DNA of 64,000 nt from Candidatus Latescibacterota bacterium (lineage in GTDB: Bacteria; Latescibacterota; UBA2968; GCA-2709665): contig OZ220733.1 in NCBI GenBank assembly GCA_965116875.1, positions 640,001 to 704,000 of the forward strand, in the 5' to 3' direction. The notes under the pieces were generated by a model. That model was given only the letters and a program-made list of their open reading frames with translations, ran no database searches and was not told where the DNA came from. The position numbers and the translations under genes were made by a program. Numbering within the stretch: the stretch's first letter is position 1; each line of letters starts with the position of its first letter. Positions 49,065 through 58,742 of the stretch are shown here, piece after piece.

Positions 49065-50804
49065 GTGTACCCCATGAACGAAGCCGACGCCAGCGCCGCT
49101 GACGCGCACGAAAACGCTCCGTCCGATTTTATCCGCGACGCGATTCGGGAGGACCTCGCCGCCGGCCGGTACGAGGGCGTGATGACGCGCTTTCCTCCAG
49201 AGCCGAACGGGCATCTGCACATCGGCCACGCCAAGGCGATCTGTCTCAATTTTTGGGTTGCCGAGGAATTCGGCGGCGTCTGCAATCTCCGCTTTGACGA
49301 CACTGACCCCACCAAGGAAGAGGCCAGCTATGTCGACGGTATCCAGCGGGACATCCGATGGCTGGGGTTTGACTGGGAGGACCGCCTCTATTTTGCCTCC
49401 GACTATTTCGAGCAACTCTACGAATTCGCGGTCAAATTGATCAATGAGCGCAAAGCGTACGTGTGCGATTTGAGTACGGTTGAGACCCGGACGTACCGGG
49501 GGTCGGTGACCTCGCCGGGAAGAGAAAGCCCGTATCGAAACCGGTCCATCGACGAGAACCTGGATCTGTTCGCGCGGATGAGAGCCGGTGAATTCCCGGA
49601 TGGTTCGCGAACCCTGAGGGCGAAGATCGATATGGCGTCGCCCAACATGAACATGCGCGATCCAGTGATGTTTCGCATCCTCCGGGCGTCTCATTACCGC
49701 CGGGGAAATGCGTGGTGCATCTATCCAATGTACGATTTTACCCACGGGCAGTCGGACGCCATCGAGGGGGTTTCGCATTCCCTGTGTTCGCAGGAGTTCG
49801 AAGACCACCGCCCCCTCTATGACTGGTATATCCGAGAGCTGGGGATTTTCCCTTCGCGGCAGATCGAATTCCCAAAGCTGTTCGTCACGTATACGGTGGT
49901 GGGAAAACGACACCTGCGGCCGTTGATCGAAAACGGGCTGCTTGCCGGATGGGACGATCCCAGGCTGATCACGCTCTCGGGACTTCGGCGAAGGGGCGTG
50001 CCCCCCGAGGCGATTCGGAATTTCATCCGCCGCGTGGGACTGTCCAAACGAGATACAACTGCGGAGATCGACCTCCTGGAGTTTCATATCCGGGACTACC
50101 TGAATCGGTATACGCCCCGCGTGATGGGCGTGATCGATCCGCTCAAGGTGGTCATCGAGAATTATCCCGACAGTATGGAAGAGACGTTCGAGGCGCAGAT
50201 CAATCCGGAAGACCCGTCCGCAGGGACGCGCGCGGTGCCGTTTTCACGGGAGGTCTACATCGAAAGGGAGGACTTCATGGAGGATCCGCCCCGAAGGTTC
50301 CGTCGCCTCGCGCCGGGGCGGGAGGTCAGGCTCCGCGCAGCCTGTTATATCACCTGCCAGGACGTGATTAAAGACCGGAATGGAGAGATCGTGGAACTGC
50401 GGTGTACGTTCGACCCTGAGAGCCGGGGCGGGTCAACACCGGAGGGCCGAAAGGTCCGGGGTACTATCCACTGGGTGTCTGCCGCGCACGCGGTTGAGGC
50501 GGAGGTGCGCCTGTACGACCGGCTGTTCAACGCCAGGAATCCGATGGAGGTTGCCGAAGGCGGGGACATCAGCGAAACGGTGAACCCGAAATCCCTGGAG
50601 GTGCGGCGGAGCTGTTTTGTGGAGTCCACGGTCAAGGGTGCGGAACCGGGCGCGCAGTTTCAGTTCGAACGGTTGGGATATTTCTGCGTGGACCCGGATT
50701 CGACGGCCGAAAAGCTCGTCTTCAATCGCACGATTACGCTGCGCGATACCTGGGCGCGGATGCAGAAACGAGGGAAACCGAACGATACAAGACGAAGAAG
50801 GTAA
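49065..50804 (+). CDS. glnS: Glutamine--tRNA ligase
   Basis: [62 protein letters not shown]. Confidence 0.95.
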   Translation: MYPMNEADASAADAHENAPSDFIRDAIREDLAAGRYEGVMTRFPPEPNGHLHIGHAKAICLNFWVAEEFGGVCNLRFDDTDPTKEEASYVDGIQRDIRWLGFDWEDRLYFASDYFEQLYEFAVKLINERKAYVCDLSTVETRTYRGSVTSPGRESPYRNRSIDENLDLFARMRAGEFPDGSRTLRAKIDMASPNMNMRDPVMFRILRASHYRRGNAWCIYPMYDFTHGQSDAIEGVSHSLCSQEFEDHRPLYDWYIRELGIFPSRQIEFPKLFVTYTVVGKRHLRPLIENGLLAGWDDPRLITLSGLRRRGVPPEAIRNFIRRVGLSKRDTTAEIDLLEFHIRDYLNRYTPRVMGVIDPLKVVIENYPDSMEETFEAQINPEDPSAGTRAVPFSREVYIEREDFMEDPPRRFRRLAPGREVRLRAACYITCQDVIKDRNGEIVELRCTFDPESRGGSTPEGRKVRGTIHWVSAAHAVEAEVRLYDRLFNARNPMEVAEGGDISETVNPKSLEVRRSCFVESTVKGAEPGAQFQFERLGYFCVDPDSTAEKLVFNRTITLRDTWARMQKRGKPNDTRRRR

Positions 50805-50836
50805 CGAAAGACCAGAGCAATAAAAGGCAACCTGAC

Positions 50837-50872
50837 GTGCCCGTTCGGACAATCCTCCGACCGGGCATTCTT
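50837..50872. terminator. Hairpin between convergent glnS and beta-barrel gene
   Basis: TGCCCG...CGGGCA stem with inner TCGGA/TCCGA. Confidence 0.45.
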
Positions 50873-50901
50873 GTGTACGGCGTCGACTCAACGTCTTGCG
50901 G

Positions 50902-51552
50902 CTAGTGGGCGAACCTCATGCCGATGGCGATGGTGAACGTTGCGAAATTCACGGCGCCCGGTTCCGAATCGTCGTCGGCTTCGTTGCCGGCGAAATTTAC
51001 GCGCATTTCCGCGAAAGGTCTGGTCAATCCCCGCTCCAGGCGGGCTTCGCCGCCCGCGACCAATTGAAGAGATCCACCAATTTCCCAATCCGAATACTCC
51101 CTGGAGTCATGTTCCCGTAGCCCGTATACGCCAACGCCAGCGCCAAGATAGGGCTTTACAGGGGAGTCTCCGATCGCACGCAAACGCAAAAACACAAATG
51201 CCGCCCTGAATGACCTCGAAAAATCCGTCGCGTTGATTTCGTCCCTGCGAGCAATCGTAGAGAGTAACTGGCCCGAGATCCCGCGTTTGGAAAACATGAC
51301 GGTTCCGATTCCCATGTCAACCGGCTCGATGCGCAGGAAAAGGTCGCCGCCAACAACCGGTCCTGCCTGCTTGCCGTTGAAGGTCATTTGCGCATACGGC
51401 CGTTCCCCTTCGCTGCCGCTACAGTGTCCGGAGAATATACGACTGTCGCCAGGAATGGAATAGCCGCCGATAACACTCACGCCCAACTCCTGCGCGTTTG
51501 ACGTACCGGCCGCCAGAAGGAAAATGACCGTGAAACCGATAGCACGCCGCAT
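50902..51552 (-). CDS. Outer-membrane beta-barrel protein
   Basis: Signal peptide, VKPYLGAGVG strand, C-terminal IGMRF; GGAGGG RBS. Confidence 0.75.
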   Translation of the reverse strand: MRRAIGFTVIFLLAAGTSNAQELGVSVIGGYSIPGDSRIFSGHCSGSEGERPYAQMTFNGKQAGPVVGGDLFLRIEPVDMGIGTVMFSKRGISGQLLSTIARRDEINATDFSRSFRAAFVFLRLRAIGDSPVKPYLGAGVGVYGLREHDSREYSDWEIGGSLQLVAGGEARLERGLTRPFAEMRVNFAGNEADDDSEPGAVNFATFTIAIGMRFAH

Positions 51553-51593
51553 ACGGTCCCTCCGCACGAAGAATTTCACACGGAGGTATCGAT

Positions 51594-51688
51594 ATTAAGA
51601 AGCGTGCCAGGATTATCCAGGGACGGATTTTTCTGTAGCCACCTTGCGAGAGTTCGAACTTATATTTAATAATATCAATTAGTTGATT
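51594..51688 (-). promoter_or_regulatory. Sigma54-like promoter with IHF site
   Basis: TGGCAC-GCTTC-TTAAT (degenerate -12) at 51594-51609; WATCAANNNNTTR matches on both strands at 51673-51688. Confidence 0.45.
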
Positions 51689-51905
51689 ATAATTTCATCG
51701 AGTGACTCAGTGTGGATCAACCGAGTCTGGGACTCAAGGTCCGTCATCCGTATTCCGGGACAACGTGGACGCGATGCACACCTGTGGCGAGCCATCGACA
51801 GTCGCTGCTGTGGAATTATGGATTGGAAATCCCGCGCGGGTCGCTTATTGTAATAAGGCAGACGCGGCGGGGCCGGTTCGGCGTCACCGGATTCGAGGAG
51901 AATCC

Positions 51906-52367
51906 ATGTCGGATAAACGCCTCAAACTGAAAGTCATGTGCTCGCGATTGCCGGGACTCCGTTTCGAAGACCCCTACAAACACGAACCCAGGGTCAAGGA
52001 GCCGGTGTATCTGGGAATCCAGCGCGGAACAGAGGTCATCGAACAGGTCCCGGCCGACCGGCATCGGGTGGAGTTCAATCCGGAATTCAGGATCGGGAAA
52101 CAACCGGACGGGTCTCCGAATTTTCTGGGTCCGTTCGCGCAGGGAAGGCCGCGGGACCGTTTCTTCTATCTCTCCTGGGGGGTGAAGCGGTCCGATCGGT
52201 TCGATATGTTTCGGCGGCTGAAGATCCGCCTCACGCACCTGGAGTGGCCGGAGATCGAACGGGCGATCGAGTCGGACGAGCCCATCGTCGTGAGGCTGAA
52301 GTTGACCGACGACCATGGCGGCCCCGCCTGCGGTACGCCGGACCAATCGCGGATTGCGTGGGGATGA
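51906..52367 (+). CDS. DUF5990-like protein
   Basis: VYLGIQRG, PNFLGPFAQGRPRDRFFYLSWG, MFRRLKIRL, LTDDHGGPACG; GAGGAG RBS. Confidence 0.7.
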   Translation: MSDKRLKLKVMCSRLPGLRFEDPYKHEPRVKEPVYLGIQRGTEVIEQVPADRHRVEFNPEFRIGKQPDGSPNFLGPFAQGRPRDRFFYLSWGVKRSDRFDMFRRLKIRLTHLEWPEIERAIESDEPIVVRLKLTDDHGGPACGTPDQSRIAWG

Positions 52368-52391
52368 TGACAAACCTCGGAAGGGAATAAG

Positions 52392-53057
52392 ATGCCCATT
52401 GAACCCAAAGCATTGAAATTCCTGGCGACGGAAGAAAAGGGCGAGGTATCGGCGTTGATCGCGAGGCCGGACGGGGCGGAGGCGCTGCTCGTCCTGGGCC
52501 ACGGCGCGGGAACGAATATGCGTCACGCGTTCATGCAGGACCTGAGCGACGCGTTGAACGACGTGGGCATCGCCACGTTCCGTTTCAACTATCCCTACTC
52601 CGAACGGGGCGGGGGCATGGACGGAGAGAAGGTGCGACTGGCCACCGTGCGTGCCGCCGTCGCGACCGCTTTGGATCACGCGAACGGCCTGCCTGTCTTC
52701 GCGGGCGGACATTCCATGAGCGGACGCATGGTCTCCATGGCCTGTGCGCAGGAACCGATGGATGGATTGAGAGGCATCGTGTTTTTCGCTTTTCCCCTTC
52801 ACGCGGGAAAACCGAATACGGAACGCGCCGTCCATTTGCAGGACGTACCGGTACCGATGCTGTTTCTGTCGGGACAGCGGGACAAGATGGCGGACATGAA
52901 ACTGCTCGAGCCCGCCATTCGCGGGCTGAACCATGCGACGCTCCACGTTGTGGATACCGCGGATCACGGCTTCAAAGTGCTGAAACGGAGGAATACCGAC
53001 GAACCCGTTCTGCATGAACTGGCCAGGGTGGCCGGTGATTGGATGCAAGGCGACTGA
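52392..53057 (+). CDS. Alpha/beta hydrolase
   Basis: HGAG, GGHSMSGR nucleophile elbow, FPLH, GQRD, DHGF. Confidence 0.85.
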   Translation: MPIEPKALKFLATEEKGEVSALIARPDGAEALLVLGHGAGTNMRHAFMQDLSDALNDVGIATFRFNYPYSERGGGMDGEKVRLATVRAAVATALDHANGLPVFAGGHSMSGRMVSMACAQEPMDGLRGIVFFAFPLHAGKPNTERAVHLQDVPVPMLFLSGQRDKMADMKLLEPAIRGLNHATLHVVDTADHGFKVLKRRNTDEPVLHELARVAGDWMQGD

Positions 53058-53091
53058 AGGATTGTTCTCAGCTTGTTTGGGGGAAGACGAT

Positions 53092-53550
53092 ATGATTGAA
53101 AAAATCTACGAACCCGATTTAGACGAAAAGCTGCATCGATCACCCCGCGGGAGTTTCTGCGTGTCGCGAAAGGACATTTCGGGCGCCCTGGGAACCGAAG
53201 GGCAACCGTTCGAAGTCGACTGGGTGCGGATTCCTGCCGGCATGACCAACTTCCCGTATCACGCGCACCAGGTCCAGTGGGAGTTCTATATCGTCGTCAG
53301 CGGCCGCGGTATCGTCCGGAGGAACGACCGTACGTTCGAGGTGGAGGCCGGCGACGTATTCGTCCAGCCGCCCGGCACGGCGCACCACATTCGCAATCCC
53401 AGCGAGGACGAGGACATGGTCTACTACGTCATTGCCGACAATCCTGTGTGCGATCCCTGCTACTATCCGGATTCGGACAAATGGGCAATCCGCCCGCCGG
53501 GCAAGCTGGGCCGCATGACCGACGCGGATTACTACGACGGAGAGGAGTAG
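53092..53550 (+). CDS. Cupin domain protein
   Basis: FPYHAH..WEFYIVVSGRG...PPGTAHHIRN, CYYPDSDKW. Confidence 0.85.
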   Translation: MIEKIYEPDLDEKLHRSPRGSFCVSRKDISGALGTEGQPFEVDWVRIPAGMTNFPYHAHQVQWEFYIVVSGRGIVRRNDRTFEVEAGDVFVQPPGTAHHIRNPSEDEDMVYYVIADNPVCDPCYYPDSDKWAIRPPGKLGRMTDADYYDGEE

Positions 53551-53583
53551 ACGCGGCCAGACGGACATCGGTTCGCGCTTCCT

Positions 53584-53624
53584 AAAAAATGCCCCGGAGA
53601 GTTGTTTCCCCGGGGCTTCGTTTT
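53584..53624. terminator. Bidirectional intrinsic terminator
   Basis: AAAAAAT-GCCCCGG...CCGGGGC-TTCGTTTT between convergent genes. Confidence 0.65.
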
Positions 53625-53642
53625 GTCAGAATCGCGCACGGC

Positions 53643-54629
53643 TCAAGGAATGGAAGCAACCAGGTATTCAGCGGCGGAACCGTCGCGACGGACGACCGAA
53701 AAGTCTCGACCGGCGGGGACCAGAAGGGTATCGCCGTTCCCCGCGCGGTAGGCGTCGTCGCCGCCCTGGACCTCGGCGCTGCCCTGAATAAACGTGACCG
53801 TTGACACCGAAGTGCGAGGTGGATGATCGATTCTGTTTCCGGATGGGTGAAAGCGTTCCAGCCGGAAATGTTCGGACTCGACCAGGAGGGCGTGGCCTGG
53901 GTTTGTCGAGGGCAGCGTGGACGAGGCGACGGATTGCGGGTTCGGACCTTCGAAATCGATGACCGCCAGGGCGTCGTCGACGTGTAAATCCCTGGGTTTC
54001 CCGTCGGCGCCGGGGCGGTTGTAGTCGAAAATGCGGAAGGTAATGTCGCTGGACTGCTGGACCTCGTACACCATGACCCCGGCGCAGAGGGCGTGGACCG
54101 TCCCGGGCGGGATGAAGACAACGTCGCCGGGGCGGGCATCGAAGAATTCGACCGCATCCGAGACGCGATTGTCGTCAATGGCATCCACGAATTCGGACCT
54201 GTCAACGCCGGGTTTCAGACCGCACGCGATGCGGCCGTTTTCAGATCGAAGCACGTACCAGGCTTCCATTTTCCCAAATCTTCCCAAACGCTTCATCCGG
54301 GCGTATGCGTCGTCCGGGTGTACCTGAATGGAAAGGTCCTGCTGCGCATCGAGCAGTTTGACGAGCAGAGGGAATTCGCCGCGGTAACGGTCGAAGACCG
54401 CCTCACCGAGCATCTCGTGTCCTTGTGATTCAACCAGGGACCGAAGGGATCTGCCGTACAATGGCCCGGCGGCAACGATGCTCTCCATGCCCGGGTACGC
54501 GGAGACTTCCCAGGATTCGCCGTAGAGTCCTCCGGGCGGCAGGGCCTTGTCGTACTCTTCCTGCAGCCTTCGGCCGCCCCAGATCATCTCTCGGAAATGG
54601 GGCTCAAGAGGGAGCACGTTGGGGAGCAT
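53643..54629 (-). CDS. manA: Mannose-6-phosphate isomerase, class I
   Basis: IWGG, GESWEVS, FPLLVKLLDA, LSIQVHPDD, GKMEAWY, GTVHA, EVQQSSDITFRIFDY. Confidence 0.92.
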   Translation of the reverse strand: MLPNVLPLEPHFREMIWGGRRLQEEYDKALPPGGLYGESWEVSAYPGMESIVAAGPLYGRSLRSLVESQGHEMLGEAVFDRYRGEFPLLVKLLDAQQDLSIQVHPDDAYARMKRLGRFGKMEAWYVLRSENGRIACGLKPGVDRSEFVDAIDDNRVSDAVEFFDARPGDVVFIPPGTVHALCAGVMVYEVQQSSDITFRIFDYNRPGADGKPRDLHVDDALAVIDFEGPNPQSVASSTLPSTNPGHALLVESEHFRLERFHPSGNRIDHPPRTSVSTVTFIQGSAEVQGGDDAYRAGNGDTLLVPAGRDFSVVRRDGSAAEYLVASIP

Positions 54630-54751
54630 AGTTGATCCCTGGCAGATGGTCCGGATTGTCCGGAAATGGACGTTTGTTTCAAGATATCCGGTATTCTCCG
54701 CGATGTCAATGGCGTTCGGTTCAATGAACCCTTCCCCCCGCCCCACCACCT

Positions 54752-54946
54752 GGTGAGACGTAAGACGTTAGACGGGAGAGATTGTCTGCCTTGAGAGGAT
54801 TCTTCTCGTGCTGGAGGCCAGGAGGAATAACAAACCGGGCAAGGGCTTCTTCTCCCGTCTACCCTCTACCGTCTTACCGCATTTCTTCTACCGGCTCCCG
54901 TCTGCCTTCTTCCTTCTACCTTTTTCCTTCTTCCTTCTTTCCTACC
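54752..54946. repeat. Heptamer tandem repeats forming a 28-bp imperfect inverted repeat, plus pyrimidine-rich heptamers
   Basis: 54752-54779 matches the reverse complement of 54851-54878 at 23/28; CCTTCTT-type units follow. Confidence 0.6.
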
Positions 54947-55107
54947 CGTGTTTGTCTCCGAGGATGTCTATTCCGCTTGCGGCGTTTGGGCTCAGGCATT
55001 AGGTTATGTGTTCATTTTCCGCTTTGTCGTTTGGAGAAAACGAAGGGCGTTTGAAAATGTGTCGCAGTTGCCGGGATCGTTGATCAGAGAAGCATGAAGG
55101 GGGCGAC

Positions 55108-55710
55108 ATGTCGAACGACAGGATCGTAGAACTGGAGCGCCGGATCGGTGAACTGATGGCGGAACTCCACGCCCTGCAGAGAGAAAATCCGGCAACGCCG
55201 GTCTCCAATTACACGTTTGATACCACGTCCGGGCAAACGTCGCTGTTGGATCTGTTCGGCGACCGGGAACAGCTGCTGGCCATCCACAACATGGGCCAGG
55301 GCTGCCGTTACTGCACGCTGTGGGCGGACGGCTTCAACGGACTTCTCCCGCATCTGGAGTCCGCCCTTGCCGTGGCGCTGCTTTCCAAAGACCCTCCGGA
55401 AACTCAACGCCGCTTCGCGAATGCCCGCGGGTGGCGGTTTCAGCTGGCCTCCCACGGCGGCGGGGACTACATCCGCGAGCAGTCCGTCATGGAAGGGGAC
55501 GACAACTACCCCGGCGCAGTGGTCTACAAGCGCGACGGAGACACGATTCTCCGCAAGAACGCGTGCGTTTTCGGGCCGGGAGACATCTACTGTTCGATGT
55601 GGACGCTGCTGGGTCTGGCCGGCCTCGGCGAAGAGGACTGGACGCCCCAATTCTCGTACTGGCGGCGTCCCGACAGCCTGGACGACGGCGGCCGGAACGT
55701 GCTCGATTGA
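55108..55710 (+). CDS. DUF899 family (thioredoxin-like) protein
   Basis: SLLDLFGDREQL..HNMGQGCRYCTLWADGFNG, FGPGDIYC. Confidence 0.85.
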   Translation: MSNDRIVELERRIGELMAELHALQRENPATPVSNYTFDTTSGQTSLLDLFGDREQLLAIHNMGQGCRYCTLWADGFNGLLPHLESALAVALLSKDPPETQRRFANARGWRFQLASHGGGDYIREQSVMEGDDNYPGAVVYKRDGDTILRKNACVFGPGDIYCSMWTLLGLAGLGEEDWTPQFSYWRRPDSLDDGGRNVLD

Positions 55711-55860
55711 CAGCCCGCTGGAAAAGTCCATCCGGGCTACGGCCGAGCGACTTTATCAACGGACTGTGAAGCGTTTCAGTACGTCGGGGACACGCCGCGC
55801 CGCGATGTTTCCGTCCTGCCCTCCATTTCGCCGCCCCTTTCGAGTCCATATGAGGTTTCG

Positions 55861-57291
55861 GTGAATCTGATTGTGTTGTGCAGCGACACCTTTCGAGTGG
55901 ACCATCTGAGCTGCTACCGGGACGATTCGCCGGTCCGCACGCCCCACATCGACCGCCTGGCGGCGGAAGGCGTGCGGTTCGATGCCGCGTTCGGCGAAGG
56001 CATACCCACGCTGCCCGCGCGCCGGGTTCTCTATACCGGACGGCCGATTTTTCCGTTCCTTTGGGCGCCTCAGAAATGGGACCGCGTGCAGCTTGCCGGC
56101 TGGCATCCCCTGTTCCACGAAGACGTGACGCTGGCGGAATGGCTTGTCGAACGCGGATACGTCACCGGGCTGATCAGCGATCTGCCGCACCAGTTCAAGC
56201 CGGGCAAGAACTTCCACCGGGGGTTTGTACAGTTCAACTGGGAACGCGGACAGGAGATGGACTACGTTGTGGCCGGGCCCCGGGACGCCGTTCCGGTTGA
56301 GAGCTTCGATCCCACCGGCCGCGGCTCCCCCGTGTTGACGCAGTTTCTGATGAACAGCCGGAACTGGAGAGACGAGACGGACTGGTGCAGCGTGCGGGTG
56401 CTTCGGAAGGGCATCGAATTCCTGAGGGAAAATGCGCGCCAGCAGCCGTTCATGCTCTGGCTGGAGTGCTTCTTCCCGCACGAACCATGGTTTGCCCCTC
56501 CCGAACTGGTGGAACAACATTACGAGGGGGACGACCACGACGGCGTGGAGTGGATATTTCCTCCGGCCAGCACGGAGGGGATGAGCGAAAACCAGGTACA
56601 CCGGGTGCGGGCGCACTATCGGGGTCTTTGCGCGCTGATCGACCGGTGGTTCGGGAGGCTGATGGAAACCGCGGAAAACCGCGGGCTGCTGGAAAACTCG
56701 ATCGTCGTCTTCCTCTCCGACCACGGCACGATGATGGGAGAACAGGGGCAACTCCATAAAGGTCCCAGCCGGCTGCGCTGGCAATGCACGCAGGTGCCTC
56801 TGATCATACGGCACCCGGACGTGGATACCTTTGGCGGCAGCGTCGTGGATGCCTTTGTGCAGCACCAGGACCTGATGCCCACCCTTCTGGGTCTGATGGG
56901 GATCGATGCCCCGGATCGATGCCTGGGCGAAGATCTCCGAAAATCCGTGACGGGAGAGACTGGGGGCGGGCCGGACCACGTGATTACCGCATTCGGCAAC
57001 TACGCCAGCGTACGCGGCAGGAAATGGAACTATCAGACACCATGGGTCAGGTACAACCCCGCGTCGGCGGACGGAAACAGGCAGCCGCTGGCGCCGCCGG
57101 AGCTGTACGATCTGACGTCGGATCCCGATGAACTGGACAACGTCGTGAAAAACCATCCCGACGTCGCAGAGGAATATCACGACCTGCTCATGGCGTATAT
57201 CCGTAAAAACAAACCGGTGACGGGGGGCTCACTGGAAATTGGCGAGGCGGCCCTGTCGCACGTGCCGCTCTTCGATCAGTCGCGGCTGTAG
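55861..57291 (+). CDS. Sulfatase-like hydrolase (alkaline phosphatase superfamily)
   Basis: NLIVLCSDTFRVDHL, TPHIDRLA, PTLPARRVLYTGR, PHEPW, SDHG, ELYDL. Confidence 0.88.
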   Translation: MNLIVLCSDTFRVDHLSCYRDDSPVRTPHIDRLAAEGVRFDAAFGEGIPTLPARRVLYTGRPIFPFLWAPQKWDRVQLAGWHPLFHEDVTLAEWLVERGYVTGLISDLPHQFKPGKNFHRGFVQFNWERGQEMDYVVAGPRDAVPVESFDPTGRGSPVLTQFLMNSRNWRDETDWCSVRVLRKGIEFLRENARQQPFMLWLECFFPHEPWFAPPELVEQHYEGDDHDGVEWIFPPASTEGMSENQVHRVRAHYRGLCALIDRWFGRLMETAENRGLLENSIVVFLSDHGTMMGEQGQLHKGPSRLRWQCTQVPLIIRHPDVDTFGGSVVDAFVQHQDLMPTLLGLMGIDAPDRCLGEDLRKSVTGETGGGPDHVITAFGNYASVRGRKWNYQTPWVRYNPASADGNRQPLAPPELYDLTSDPDELDNVVKNHPDVAEEYHDLLMAYIRKNKPVTGGSLEIGEAALSHVPLFDQSRL

Positions 57292-57351
57292 GCCAAACCT
57301 CAATTCGAAAAAAAACGACAGTCAAGTTGACCATAGAAAGCCCGAATGCGG

Positions 57352-57430
57352 GGAGACGGGAAGCAAGAAAAAGGAAGAAGGAAGAAGGAAAAAGGAGGAA
57401 GGATAAAAGAAGAAGGATGAAGGAAAAGAG
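57352..57430 (+). repeat. Purine-rich heptamer tandem repeat (AAGGAAG-like)
   Basis: About ten degenerate 7-bp units; complementary in type to 54900-54946. Confidence 0.6.
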
Positions 57431-57567
57431 GCGGGGAAACGGTCGAGGTGAGAAAATCGGGTAGACAGGGTAATCCGCCGTTGAATCGCCTTTATTCACT
57501 CGCACATATTCGAATTAACGTCCACGAAAACCTGCGAATCAAGGTTAACACGCCAAGGAGGTTTCAG

Positions 57568-58662
57568 ATGGCCGATAAACTGGGGGTTCTGGTACATGGC
57601 GCGGGCTGGGTGTCCACGCAGCACATCATGGCCTTCACCAACAACCCGCATACCGAAGTGGTGGCCGTATCCAGCCGGAAACTGTCAAGCGCGCGGACGC
57701 GTGCCGAAGAGGCCGGTCTGGAGGGCATCGGGCTTTATGACAATTATGAACAGGCCCTGGCGCACGATGGCGTTGACATTGTATGCGTCTGCACGCCGCA
57801 GCGCTTTCACGCGGAGAACACCATCGCCGCGGCGGAGGCCGGCAAACACGTCGTCATCGAGAAGCCCATCGCCAACAGCCTGGACGAGATCCGGGCCATG
57901 CGCGAGGCCGTACACAATGCCGGCGTGCGGACGGTGGTGAGCTTCGTGCTGAGGTGGAATCCGCTGTTCGAGACCATCAAGTCCATGGTTGCCGACGACG
58001 CCCTGGGGGACGTCTTCTACGTGGAGGCCGACTACCAGCACGATATCGCAAGCTGGTGGACGGGGTGGGACGAAGCCAGGAAGACGAGTACGGGCGTAAG
58101 CGCGTTCCTCACCGGCGGGTGCCACGCCATCGATTCATTGCGCTGGTTCGCCGCGCAGGGCGAGTTCGAAGCGGCCCGACCCGTGGAGGTATTCGCCTAC
58201 TCGGGCGGTTACCGGAAGGGACTCAAGAAAGAGTTCGACTACCTGGCCAACAAGTGGGTGGACGGCCTGCCCCTGGAGTACGACGACCTGGAGGTCGCCC
58301 TGGTGAAGTTCTCCAATGGGGCCGTCGGAAAAGTCTCCGTGAACTACGGATGCATCATGCCGTACACGTTCCCGGTGGAGATCTTCGGCAACAAGGGGAC
58401 CGTAAAGGACAACAAGGTCTGGTCGCACAAGTATCCGGGACAGAACAGTTGGGTGGAGATTCCGGCTATCCTGCCGGACAGCGCGGACGTGACCCACCAC
58501 CCGTTCCAGGGGCAGATGGACCATTTCGTGGAATGTATTCAGACAGACACGGAATCGCACTGCAACCTGGACGACGCGATTGTAACGCATGAAATCGCGT
58601 TTGCGGCATTGCAGTGTTACGAAACCGGACAACCTGTGCAGCTCCCGCTGATACAGGACTGA
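57568..58662 (+). CDS. Gfo/Idh/MocA family oxidoreductase
   Basis: GAGWV, VCTP..H, AGKHVVIEKP, GGCHAID; AGGAGG RBS. Confidence 0.9.
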   Translation: MADKLGVLVHGAGWVSTQHIMAFTNNPHTEVVAVSSRKLSSARTRAEEAGLEGIGLYDNYEQALAHDGVDIVCVCTPQRFHAENTIAAAEAGKHVVIEKPIANSLDEIRAMREAVHNAGVRTVVSFVLRWNPLFETIKSMVADDALGDVFYVEADYQHDIASWWTGWDEARKTSTGVSAFLTGGCHAIDSLRWFAAQGEFEAARPVEVFAYSGGYRKGLKKEFDYLANKWVDGLPLEYDDLEVALVKFSNGAVGKVSVNYGCIMPYTFPVEIFGNKGTVKDNKVWSHKYPGQNSWVEIPAILPDSADVTHHPFQGQMDHFVECIQTDTESHCNLDDAIVTHEIAFAALQCYETGQPVQLPLIQD

Positions 58663-58742
58663 TTCCGGAACGGGGGACGGGGTCCGGTGACGTCCCGCCC
58701 CGTATCGCCGCCTGTTCGACGGACGGAAAGGGTCCACAGACC

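Noticed and set aside
32929-50804. Co-occurrence of gltX and glnS, and the GlnRS VVGKR variant of the MSK motif
   Set aside because: Having both synthetases is common, and the rest of GlnRS is intact, so this looks like ordinary variation.
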